A stretch of 64,000 nucleotides of DNA from Vicugna vicugna. Its lineage: Eukaryota. Shown here in pieces: positions 1 through 18,600 of this stretch (the first letter of the stretch is position 1; each line of letters opens with the position of its first letter). The notes under the pieces were generated by a model. It did not search any database. It was not told where the DNA came from and saw only the letters and a list, made by a program, of their open reading frames with translations. The position numbers were made by a program, and so were the translations under genes. The stretch covers positions 3,691,462-3,755,461 of the forward strand of contig MU062811.1 of the NCBI GenBank assembly GCA_013265495.1. Direction: 5' to 3'.

Positions 1-479
1 AATGCTTTGGGTGACAGCTGGACCCCAGCAGGAAGCCCTGGGGAGGATGGGCGGGGGATATGACCCTGAGGGTTCAAGCGGGCCCTGGGGGTCCCGGACC
101 TTCCAAAACACTGGCACCTGGTTGCAAAGATGAGGCTCCAGAGATTTACCCCTGGGTGACCCTTGACCACTTGCCCCGAGGACAGGCCGTGTGGATGTAT
201 CTTAAACCAACGAGCCTGGGCCGGGCTTGCCAGCGGGAGCTGACAAGGCGCGGAGCCTCGGTCCACCCTATCGTGCAGCAGGCATCGGGAAGCCTACGAT
301 CAAAACACTGCCAGGTGGAGAGGTCCGGGCCCTTCCCTTTCCACTCACTGCATCCAAATTGGGCAGGACGGGAAATTAAAAAGTGCTTCGGCAACAACGA
401 CCAGGAAGCACCTTTATCGACTAGGAAACCGTGTGGAGTTCAGCCACCTTGCCTTTGAGAGAAAAGCAGGCCCGAGCCT

Positions 480-1150
480 TTCCCTGCGCAGGGCGGGCGG
501 CCGAAGCCCGGCAGCCCTGGCTTTACTCCAGACTGGGCTGGGTGACATCACCAAACTCCTCCGATCGGCGGGAGGAGGGGGGCCCGAAATCCCCTAAAAA
601 CATTGTGAGTAATCGCCGGGCCCGCCCTGCAGGCGGAGCTCAGACTCGGGAGGGAGCCGAGCCGCCCCTCCAGTCCCGGGAGCGGCCTCCAGGCAAGCAG
701 CGGTTCGGTGCCCCGCGCGGCGCGCACTTGCCCCGGGTCCCCGGCAGCGGCGCGCGCGCGGCCTCCCTGTCTTTGGAGAGGCACGCACTTGTCCCTGACC
801 CCCGCGAGGGACGGCGGTGCCGCGGCGGCGGCGGCGGCGGCGCAGCGCGCAGGCGCGTCCAGATTCCCGGCAGTGACGCGGCNNNNNNNNNNNNNNNNNN
901 NNNNNNNNNNNNNNNNNNNNNNNNNNNNNNNNNNNNNNNNNNNNNNNNNNNNNNNNNNNNNNNNNNNNNNNNNNNNNNNNNNNNNNNNNNNNNNNNNNNN
1001 NNNNNNNNNNNNGACCTCGCGGGGTGGCGGCGCTGGGGCCGCCGGGACCTCGGCGGGAGCCCCCGGGCCGCCTTCCGCCCCTTTCTGCGCGGATGGGCGC
1101 TGCGCAGGGAGCGGCCCGCCGGATGGTGGCGCGGGGCGGGGCCGGCTTTG
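480..1150 (+). promoter_or_regulatory. RELA: RELA CpG-island promoter and start of exon 1 5'UTR
   Basis: Very CpG-rich with no TATA box. The sequence at about 845-882 (AGCGCGCAGGCGCGTCCAGATTCCCGGCAGTGACGCG) resembles the RELA 5'UTR start and runs into the N gap. Confidence 0.8.
883..1012. other. N gap hiding the RELA start codon. Other gaps: 23301-23440, 42998-43137, 44762-44916, 46441-46588, 46840-46971
   Basis: Runs of N, all within GC-rich promoters or exons. Confidence 0.99.
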
Positions 1151-1569
1151 GGGGTTCTGACTCAGTTTCCCCTCTGGGTGGGGGTCGGGGGTGGGGAGCT
1201 TTGACTCGGTTTCCCCTCGGAGCCCAGGGGGGTAGTTCCCACTTGGTTTCCTTGTTAGGGGAGAATGTATCTGACTCAGTTTCCTCTCGGTATGGGGGGT
1301 GGGGAGTGCCCTCCCTTAGTTTAACTTAACGAAAGTAGAAAAGGCCCTGACTCAGTATCCCCCGGTGGACGGAGGCCGCCATGCCCGGTTTCCCTCAGGA
1401 AACAGGTGCTTCTGGTTCCTTTACCCCCGCCCCTGAGTTTCACTGCAGGTTCCAGGTAGCAGCCCTGACTCAGTGTCCCCGGGAATGAGCCTCCCTCCAT
1501 CTCCGCAGGCCCTCCCTGGTGGGGACAGGAAGTGGGCTTGTGCTGACCCTTGTCTCCCTCTTCTTTCAG

Positions 1570-8804
<7,235 letters not shown>

Positions 8805-9600
8805 AGGGGTGACACCTACCCTGCCCAGAGCACTGGGTTGCAGGAGATCGAAGCCCTCCCAGCGTGAGCACTTACAGATTCTGGGGGGGTGTGCTGCAAC
8901 TGCCCCCAACTTTGTTGGGTGATGTCTTCCTGGGGAGGGGGGTACATTTTATTCTTTTATTGGCAGTGTCTATCTCTCTCTCTTTTTGGAGGTGCTTAAG
9001 CAGAAGCATTAACTTCTCTGGAAAGGGGAGAGCTGGGAGGGCTCAAACTCTTCCTTCTCCTGTTCTGATGTTCAGTTCCATTCTCTGTATAGGGAATTCT
9101 GGGGGCCCCAACCCCACCCTCCAGCTTCTAGTACTCTCCTAGAGAGGGACAGGCTGGAGCTATGGCCTTTGAGGCCACAAAGCCTTATTACCAAGTGTCT
9201 TCCTCAAATCATGGGTTCATTTACACTTTGAGCCAAAATAATGCCCCTGTTACCAGCCCCTCTGTAGTGCTGGCATTGTCTTAGTGCCTAACCACCAGCG
9301 TTTGAGGGGCTGGCCTTCCTACCCTGCAGAGGTTTCTGCCAGCTCTTTCCTTGGTGGGCTGTGTATGAAGGGACAGATGGGACAGCACTGGCCCTCTACA
9401 GGATCCAGGGAGGTTCTGAGACTTCTCTGTTCCCCCTTTTCTCAAGTGCCTTAGTAGTAGGGCGAGTTGTTTAGAGAGTTGAGGGGAGAGCTGGCTAGCT
9501 GCTCTCTAGTCAAGAGGCTCAGTTTTTACTGAAGAATCAAAGCATTTGGACTCTTGCTTTTTCTACTCTAAACTAATAAATTTGTTGCCAAGCTGGCCAG
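8805..9600 (+). other. RELA: RELA 3'UTR with miRNA seed matches and poly(A) signal
   Basis: AGCACTTA 8867-8874 (miR-302/373/520 8mer), GTCTTCC 8924-8930 and 9197-9203 (miR-7), CACCAGC 9293-9299 (miR-138), GTGCCTTA 9446-9453 (miR-124 8mer), AATAAA 9575-9580. Confidence 0.75.
9575..9580 (+). terminator. RELA polyadenylation signal AATAAA
   Basis: Canonical hexamer about 770 nt after the stop, followed by TTTGTTG. Confidence 0.8.
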
Positions 9601-10099
9601 AGACTTGCCTTCTTTCAGCAAACACTCAGCACACCCCACTAGTCATGTCAGGCTGGGCATCATTAATAGAGTTGGAAGACTATTTACACTGTCATCTGGG
9701 AGCTTGTGGTCTGAGGATGCCCATGGAAACCCCTAGTTACCATCCAGTGGATGAAAGCAGACAGCTAAGGTGGGTGGGTGGGATCCCGGCCTAGTGAGAG
9801 CTGGGTAGCCCCTTGGCTGTGGGGATGGAGCACATTCAGGAAGGGCTTCACAAGGGCCATGCTAACTTCAGGTCAACAGAGGAGGGTGGATTTTGCAGAG
9901 GGGCGAGTCAGCATTTGTAGGTGAATGGGGTATGAGAGATGATGTTGAAAAAATTTTGATGGGGCCAGGTGGTAAAACATAACACTTGAGTAAGAGGTTT
10001 GGATTTCATCTCAAGTGGTCAAGGGAGCGTCTGCATCTGTTGGGGAAGGGGAGGTGCCAGGCAAAGGTCTGTGTTTTGATACCTGGTCCTGGAGTCCCG

Positions 10100-10780
10100 A
10101 GGAAATCTTAAATCCGAAGCCACCGATACCCCCCGCAGCGCCCAGTAGTTCCTGACAAAAACCAAGCGACGGACCAAAGGGCTAGAGCTGGACGTACTTC
10201 CGATTTGGCCCAACGCAGGCGCAGTAAAGCAGGGTCAGAGAAAGGCCCTGGCTGGCTGGGACTTGCTTTCTCGAGTGCGCACGCGCAGACAGCTTTCGCA
10301 ACCGGGAGACCAGATAATAGACTTCAGGAAAACCCACCCTAAGGCCGATGGCGTCGCACTGTTGCGGGAGGGTGAAGGCAGAGGCAACCCAGTTACCAGG
10401 GGGACGTGCTGCAAAAGCTAGCGCGTCCTCTGGGGACACAGTAGGCCCAAGGTGGAAACTCCAACGGACGGTGTCTACGAAGGAAGATGCCAGCAGGCGA
10501 CGGAATATTGGGGAACCGGAAAACATCTAGCGAATCATGCTTGCGCTCCAGCCTCTTGGTCGGGAGGAGGGGTCAGGGGCGGGGCCTGAAGCAGGTGGGC
10601 CACTCGGGGACCAGACCTAGCTGCACTTCCGCTCGAGGGTCAGAACCCGAGTGTGGTGGCCAGGTCAGGACCGGGGCAATTCTGCCTAAGTGTCCGGGGA
10701 GGTGGGGCTAGATGGAGCCGCGGTGCTAGAGGCGGGGCCAGGGCGAACGCGAAGAGGGACCTGGCGGGGTGAGAAGGTTT
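10100..10780. promoter_or_regulatory. Orphan CpG-rich promoter/enhancer-like element between the RELA and SIPA1 3' ends
   Basis: Local CpG enrichment; NRF1-like TGCGCACGCGCA 10276-10287; ETS cores ACCGGAAA 10515-10522 and CACTTCCG 10624-10631; GC boxes 10576-10585 and 10731-10738. Confidence 0.55.
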
Positions 10781-10999
10781 CTAACCTGAACAAACTGATG
10801 GCAGAGCTGCCTGCAATGTGGGGAACCTGAGGCCCAGAGAGGAATGAGTGAGCCCAGGTCCTCCAACTGAGGCTGTGCCACGCTCTTCTTGGCTTTCCCA
10901 GTGTCCTGAAGTGAACTCCCGTGACCCCCGGAAGCCCTCTCATGGTCCTTCCCTCACTCCCTGAGTAACCTCATCATGCTCATGTCTAATCAGTTCCAA

Positions 11000-11770
11000 A
11001 TCCTTGTCTCCAGCCCAGACTTCTCTCTCCTGCGTGCCAGCCCACTGGACATCTCACACTGACATCCCTCAGGCCTCGCAAACTCCCCATATTCCAAACG
11101 ACACCAGCCATCCCCAGCCTGCCCCTCCCCTTCCCGTCTCAGCCATGGCTTTACTATCCTCCAGGGGCGCCAGCCAGAAGCCTGACCACCACTGTGGATT
11201 CTGCATCTTCTCCCCTAGCAACTCCAGTCCACTCCTCACCAGGTCCTGGCAAGTGTGCTCACTTCTCTCCTCTCTCCACTATCACCTAGTTTAAGCCACT
11301 GCTTCCTCCCACTGGGACTGCTGCTACAACCTCCTCCCTGGTCTTGCCTTCCCTGCAGCCAAGGGGCTCTAACACAAAAATCTCATCCTCCTCCCTTTGA
11401 ATATCTATCAGTCACATAACCAGTCCCATTTTCTGCAGACTCACACCCAGAAAGTAACCAGGGCCTTCCACACTGCCCTGTGCAGGCTCTCACTACAGTC
11501 TGCCAGGTGAAAGCTGGGGCACAGTGTTGGGGACTGTTAGTCCAATATCCCTAGTGCACATATTCACAGACCTTTCTGACTCAGGTCCAGCCTCTTTGAC
11601 CCTGGGTCCTTGCATAAGCAGACTCCAGTCCAGTAGGCCTCCAGAATGGTCCTACCCAGGATGCCTTTGACTTCTCTACCTGGTGAGCTCCTAATCAGCC
11701 TCCAAACTCAGCCCTCACATTACCTCCTCCATGAAGCCTGATTCACTGAAGCTCTGTTTCTCATCCTGCC
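11000..11770 (+). mobile_element. L2 LINE fragment
   Basis: CCAGCCCAGACTTCTCTC...CCACTGGACATCTC...CCTCACATTACCTCCTCCATGAAGCC resembles L2. Confidence 0.55.
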
Positions 11771-12422
11771 AAAGCCTATGTTAGTGGACCCCAGGGCCTG
11801 GGTCTCAGTAGGTCAGGACTAGGCACTTCGGTGCCCTGTCTGGGCCTCTGATCCAGAAAACAGAGTTTACACAAAATCCAAGTTTGAACCTGCTGATGCC
11901 ACTCACCTGAAAGGGCTGGGTCTGGTGAGGAGAGAAGTGGGTCAAGGGCTGATGCCCTCTGGGACATGGAAACACCTCCCAGTCAACTAAGGAAGAGAAG
12001 CTACTACCTCTGGGATTGGGCCCTGCAAGTTCTGGCCAGGTAACTGAGGGAGTGCCAGGCTTGGGGGCTTGCTAACTATAGAGGGGAGAGGAGTGTCTAT
12101 ACTGGAGGACAGGGATTTATAAGGGGGCATGGTCAGACTCTCCTTGATCCTTAAGTGCCTTCCCTTCTCTTGCAGGCCCACCCTCTGCTCCTGATCTCAG
12201 GTTTGGTTCTAGGGCATCAGACCAAATAAACATTTGTGGGAGAGAAGCTGTAGGCCTAGTCTCAGAAAACCCCTTAGTTGGTGGCTGCCCATCTCTGAGG
12301 CCAGTGTCCCCTGGGCCTGCCCTTCTACCCAGTCCCCAGAGCTTGGCTGGGGCCTGTGGGGGCAAAACCCTTTCCCCAATCATGTCATGAACACCTGTGT
12401 AGACACAAATAATAGTGGCTTC

Positions 12423-12428
12423 TTTATT
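12423..12428 (-). terminator. SIPA1 polyadenylation signal AATAAA
   Basis: TTTATT on + strand about 210 nt past the SIPA1 stop codon. Confidence 0.8.
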
Positions 12429-12640
12429 CCCTGAAGTCCCTTTTCCCCCACAGAATATTTACAAACAGGGATGGGGTAGGGGCAACTTTGCCACCAAATA
12501 ATGGGCAGGGGAGTGGGGGCAGTGCTAAGTTGCGCCTTGCGCAGGGTAAGTTCCTGAGGGGGGCCCAGGGCCTGGTGTCACCCAGGTGTCCTGAGGGACC
12601 CGGGCAGTTCTGCAGCCAGGATGAGGCTGGACCAGACGGC

Positions 12641-15600
12641 TCAGGCCAGGTCAGTGGTGGGGGAGCCCAGCTGCTTGGAGGCCAGGAGCAGGCGGGTGGC
12701 TGCGCTCTCCGATTCGGCCTGTAGCCGCCGGTTGTTGTGCCGCAGGCTCCGCACCTCCTCCTCCAGGGCTGCCCTGTCTGCCTTCTCCTGGGGTGGGGTT
12801 GGGGGGAGGCAGGAGTTAGAGTGGCCGGCCCCTGACCCCTTTCCTAGGGCAGCCTTGTGAATCCTCGCTGACCCCCAGCCACCGTGTCACCTTTTGCAGG
12901 TCATCCTGCAGCTTCCTGAGCATGGACTCCAGGTGAGAGACCTTCTCAGACAGGTTTCCAGGTTCTGGCCTAAGGACATGGGGGTCAGGACTCAGAGGAA
13001 CTAGGGCAGAGGGCGGCACCATGGGTTGGTTCCCAGACCCACTCGCATGAGAGGAACCCAACCCCTGTCTTCTGGCTTATGTGTATGGGAAAGCAGAGCC
13101 CTGGGACTCTAATGGATGGGCACAAACTGGTCCTGGGGCTGAAGGGGTAGACTAGGCTGGGAGCCTTACTCAGCGTCAGACTTTGGAGTTCCTCTGGCAT
13201 CTCCGCTTTCTGGGATGGGCTGTCCTGTGGGGACAGAGGGACCATCTGGGCAGGTAGGTAAAGAGAGAAAGCCCCACTCTGGCTCCTCTCCCCAGCACCC
13301 TGGTGGCCTTACCCTCCCGGGATAGCGACTCCAGGATGGTGTTGCAAGTGGAGGCGATCTCCGAGATTGACTGCCACTCATCTTCCAGGGTCTCACTGCC
13401 TGCCTCCGACATGACTGTGGGCACAGGAGGTGGGCTCAGCCAGGGAAGCCCAGGCCAGGCCCCCTGCTGCCCTCCTCCTTGACCCCATCTTGCTCCAGAC
13501 TCACTTTTGCTGATGGAGTTCCTCAGAGACAAGGTTCGCGGCAGGAAGGAGGCCCTCAGCTCTGGGGTGGGATTGCCCCTGTCCTCACAACTACTGGGGC
13601 TGCCCGGACTGTCCTGGGAGGCAGAAATGGGTATAGAGGCAGTGACAACCACTATCACCCTGTACCCATCCCTGCTTGTGGGGCTCTGGAGCCTTGTTTC
13701 TGCTCACCTGGGTGGGAGGCATCTCCCTGCCAGCACTGGGTGCTGCCGGCTTGGCCGTTGTAACAAGGAGGAGGTCTGGGGTGGTGTTGGGCAGGACTGG
13801 GGCCTCGTCTGACAGGGAGCTGGGAAGAGCAGGGACAGCTCAGTGCTAGAAGCTGCACCTGTGGCCCCTGCTTACAGAGGCTTTCCTGTCCAAGTTCATT
13901 GGCTGAAGAAGAAGGAAGGCCGAGAGGGTGCACCTGCAGGATGATGGTGAGTTTTGGGAGTGCAGGAACTCAGTCCTCTCCTCGGCTAGGTCCCCGGGCC
14001 CTGGAGGACCACTGCCGTCGTTTAGGCACACTTGCAGCAGCTGCTTTGTCGTGCTGGGCAGTAGGGCCACTTTTGGGGCCTCATCCTGCACCGGTTCTGG
14101 GGCCCCCCGCCGGCTAGGCTCCTGCAGAGACAGTGTGTACAGCTCCGAAAAGCTCCTGGGAGGTAGAAGGGACAGCGTCAGACAGGAACGCCTGGCTCCC
14201 AGCATCCCACATCACTGGCCCTACTCCCAGCTGTGCCTGAGGCTCACTTCCAGGAGAAGAGCGCTCCAAACTCTCCAACAATGAAAACTGTTTGCCTGGC
14301 TACAGGCCATTTTTCCAGTCCTCGGTTCAAATTTGCAGTGCTGCCCCTGTGTATATGTAGCAAATCACTCTGAATGCCAATTTCTCCATCTGTGAAATGG
14401 GGATAATAGTACCGACCTGCTAGCTTGCTGTAAGGATTTAAATAACACGGAAAACCACTTAGCACAGATACCCAAAAAGTACTGCCTGGGGACAAATCCA
14501 CCCGGGGCCTTTTTCTTGTCTTTTATAGCCTATGTGCCTGTTTTTGTACCACTGAAAGCTAAGGATGGTTTTTACATTCTTAAATCTTTGAAAGAAATAA
14601 AAAGAATATTTCATGACATGTGAAAATCATATCAAATTCAAATTTCAGGGTCCATAAATAAAGTTTTGGTGGCACCGGGCCACACTTTTCGTTTATATAT
14701 CATCTATGGATGCTTTCGTGCTACCATGATAGAGTCGAGTAGCTGCTGCAGCGGAGACCAGACGGCCCAAAAGACCGTGGGGACTGCTATTCGATTTTTC
14801 GAGCAGTGAAGGCAATGTGCTTAATTGACTTCGTTCTACTTATAAGAAATGTGCAGTTCAGAGAGATTAAGAGACGGGGATTCTCTCAACAAGGAAAAGC
14901 CGCCACACGAGATTCCTGTCGCTAATAGCGACACGGGAGGCGCAGGCTACGGTGGCCAGCTCCCGGGTCCTCCCACCTCCCGGGTCCTCCCACCTCCCTG
15001 CTTCCCAGCGCCCTGACCTGCGGGGCCGGCCGCTCTCATCTGGGGGCAGGACGGTGACGCAGCCCTTGGGCGCCGAGCGCAGCAGCTGGGCAGCGGCCTC
15101 GGGACCCAGGGTGGGAAGTGTCTGGCCGCACACGCGCAGCAGGCGCGCCCCAGGCCGCAGCCCTGTCTTCTCTGCGAACGTGAAGCGCTCCACGTGCGTG
15201 ACGAAGCCCTGGGCGTCCACCTCGAAGCCCAGGCGACCTTGGCCGTCGCGGGGCAACGCCAGTTCTCGGGTCTCGCAGCCGCGGCTCACCAGCTGGGGCG
15301 GGGCAGTGTGTGAGCGGGGCTGCCGGAGGAGGGGCCGCCCCAGCGCCAGTCCCAGAGACCCCTGCCAGGTCACACGGACCCTTCCACATCCCCGAGGAGG
15401 GCATTAGCAACCCACCCTGCAGATGGGGGACCTGGGGAACCCCAGTTCCAGCTCTGCCAGGCTCCGCGGCTGGGTGTGCCCCCTCCAACCCCGCCACCCT
15501 GACTCCCTTTCTCAGACGCGGCGGTGGGAACGAGGAGTTCCTTCCCCGCCGCGCACCCCACCTGCAGGCGCGCCACGACCTCGCCTACAGCTTGGCCCGG

Positions 15601-18600
15601 GGGCCCGTCGAGCCGCAACGTGATTGCCTCTCCGCGGCCGTAGTAGAGGTCGAGCTGCTGCTCGGAGAAAGTCCAGGCCAGCACGTCACGACAGGCGCAG
15701 TTGAAGACTACTCGGCCGTCACGCGGTGCCACCAGCACCAGCGCCTCAGCGGAGATGCCCAGCAGGCAGGGCACCTCGGAGCCGTCGGGGCCGCTCGCCT
15801 CGGCTCCGGCCGCGCCCCGCGCCCCTGGGGCCGCCGCCGCCACCCCACACCAGCGCCCCCGCCGCCTGCAGCCCGGCGCCCGGGCCCCGGGGAGGCGCCC
15901 GCCGCCTCCCGCCCAGGGAGGGCAGGCCGAAGCGCGAAGCCGAGTCCAGCGATGTCGTGGTCACCTCGTTGGTGGCCAGGTCCTGCAGGTACTGCTGGCG
16001 TGTGCGCGTGGCCATGGCGTGGAACTGGCGTGCGTGGCCCGCCGCCTGCTCGCCATTGAGCGCCTTGGCGAGCAGGAGGGCCCGGAAGTCGGCGTTGGCG
16101 GCGAAGGGACCTCCGCCAGGGGGCAGAGCTGGCCCAAAGGCTGGGGTGTCCTGAGTGCGGCTCACGGCCACCCTACAGTGAAGGAGTTAGTAGTCAGGGG
16201 CCACAGGGAGAGTCTAGGAAGAGGTACCCTTGGCAGAACTGAGATCCCGCCCCCCACCCTGGACGCCCACCTGTAGGAGGTGTGTGGAGTGCAGGGCTCG
16301 TCTGCCCGCACCACTAGGAACACGTGTTGGAAGTGGGAGCGGATGGTGGTAGGGCAGAAGGGCTTGCTGCCTGGTTCCTGGAACACGATGGTCACAATGT
16401 CGTTGCCGATGTGGCGCTTCCGCAGGAGCTAGGGGTTAGATGGTGGGGGATGTGAATGGGACCTGTCTGCCCCCAAGTCCCTCCTCATTCGGGCAAGGCA
16501 GAGCCTGGGCACCAGTGGTTCCTCCCACCTGTCCCTGGTGAAGGCCTGGGGTGTTTGTCTTTGGGGAGGGACTCTAGCTGGGAGGGTAGCTGTGGTTCAG
16601 GACAGCTCATGCCAAGGCTCAAACACAGCACCCCTCCATAGTCCCCCAGAAGTCCATGGCCACCCCCATCCCCACCCTAGCCCCCACACACCTGCTGCTG
16701 GTTATTGGGGGTGTAAGGCAGCATCGTGGACACGTGGAACATGATCTCATGGTCCTGGTACGTGGTGTAGAGGGAATGTGTGCCCGTGGAATCCGCTGTG
16801 GCCAGGGAATTGAGGGCACAGAAGGAAAGCAAGAGGAATCTGGGTGGCTTGAACCTGTCTTCCCTGCCTGCAGTCTGGAGCCCTGTACCCACAGCCAGCA
16901 GGTGGACAACCCCTTCATGCCATCAGCCAATGTCCAGGCCACAAGGTCCAAGGGCCTCAGCCTTGGCTGCTCCCCTCCCCCCACAGGATCCAGCCTGGAG
17001 TTGGGATGGTGGGATGCTGAGACAGAACGAAGACAGAAATGAGAAATGGCCTGCTAGGAGGGAGGCGGAGGCGGGGGCAGATGTCTCAGGAGAGGACAGA
17101 TGTTGGCCCAGGCACCAGCATGTGTGGGGCAGCTGAAAGAGCGGAAGGCAGGCAGGAGATGCTGGATAAAAACACCTCCCAGGTACCCTGGGGCCCTTCC
17201 AACCAGGGAGGCAGGGGTGCTCCCCAGGAGGTTGGGCTGCTGGAATATGTGTGTCTGATGGAGGGGGTGGTGCCCACATACCCACCTGGCCCAGCTCAGA
17301 CAGAAGGGCACTAAGGCCTTGGGGGACAGCCCCAGCCCCTCCTCCCAGCCTTTGCAGCCCCTGACCCACGTCCTCAGCCACCCAAAGAACTCTCCACCCC
17401 GCTGGCCCCAGCCCCAGGGCAATAGGGAAGAGGAAAGTTGGCTCTCACCAAGGCAGCCCACCTCTCACCATGGGTCTGCCCCCACCCCCCAGCCCCCTGG
17501 GCCTCACTTTTGGTGTCCAGCTGGGCCCGGTAGCTCTCAAAGCCTTTGAGCCGCACCACATCACCCAGCAGGGTGAGGAACTCCATGAAGGCAGGTCCTG
17601 CCTCCTGGTTGTTGTACATCTCCTCCTCCGAGCCCTGGCCTGCCCGGCAGTACAGGATGCCCACCTTGCGCTGGAAGCTCAGCTGCGGGGGAGGGCACAG
17701 GCAGAAGACACAGGCCTCAGTGTCCCCAGCCCCACCCCTCCCCGGGCCTTGGGGAGTGGATGGGACACTGGCCCGGGGGCTGGACTGCCTCAATGTGTGG
17801 CCCTGAGCACCGCCCTCTCTAAGCCACCTCTGTGTCCTCGCCTATCAAGTGGGTTCCGTCTTTCCTACTCCCAGAACTCAGGAAAGTAGATCCCAACAAA
17901 TGTCCACATTGTCATCCTTATCTCAAGGCTAGCCTGTCTTCCCCTCCTTCGAATCCCAGGCACATCCTCCCTGGCCTCTGGAGGCCTGGAGGCCCAGAGC
18001 CCCGCACTGCCTCTGCTCACTCTCTGCTTCCGACTCTTTTGGCTCCTTCCACCTGGGGTTAACTGTGCGCAGCTCAGGGCGCCCTGACACCAGGCAGGCA
18101 AGGCAGGGGCCCCTCCAGCTCTGACCTCCCATCTTCATACTAAGTTGTCTACATCCACAGTCCCCTGGCTTTAATTTCATCCCTCCTAACCCCTGCACCC
18201 CGACTTCCACTCCAGCTCAAACCTAATCCTCTCTTATGGCCAAAGGTGTGGTCTCATCTTGGCACCCACTCACGATAGCTGGCTCTTGGGACAACTGGAA
18301 TTTCACTTTACCTGAGATCCCAGGGACCCACCCTCTCCTGCCTGGGCCTCTTCTCCATCCATACTCTTTGCCTCAGTGGCCAAGGGAGCCATCTTCATGG
18401 AATGACACCCCCATCTCTGCCTCCAGCCCAGACCTTTCAAATCTCCAGCTACCCGGATGTCCTTCCAGCACCTGGCACCTCACCTCCTCACTGTGACTAC
18501 CCCACCCTGCCCTTCTTCCTGGGTCCTTGGCTCCAAAAAACTACCACTCCCAGGGGCCAAGAAGCTGGGGGATCTTGCAACACTCCCACGTTTCCAGTCA

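Noticed and set aside
431-1329. Long ORFs over the RELA promoter
   Set aside because: GC-rich CpG island with few stop codons, spanning an N gap; no recognisable protein.
14783-14807. Small hairpin ACTGC-TAT-TCGA-TTTT-TCGA-GCAGT
   Set aside because: Too short and bulged for a miRNA precursor; no snoRNA boxes or Pol III terminator context.
15062-15064. Gly in the SIPA1 PDZ (KGCVTV) where Val is recalled in human (KVCVTV)
   Set aside because: A single substitution in the same GC-rich island as the probable sequencing error; cannot be assessed without reads.
15036-16276. Multiple overlapping ORFs of 140-250 aa around SIPA1 exons
   Set aside because: Explained by the two true SIPA1 frames either side of the frameshift plus GC-driven shadow frames.
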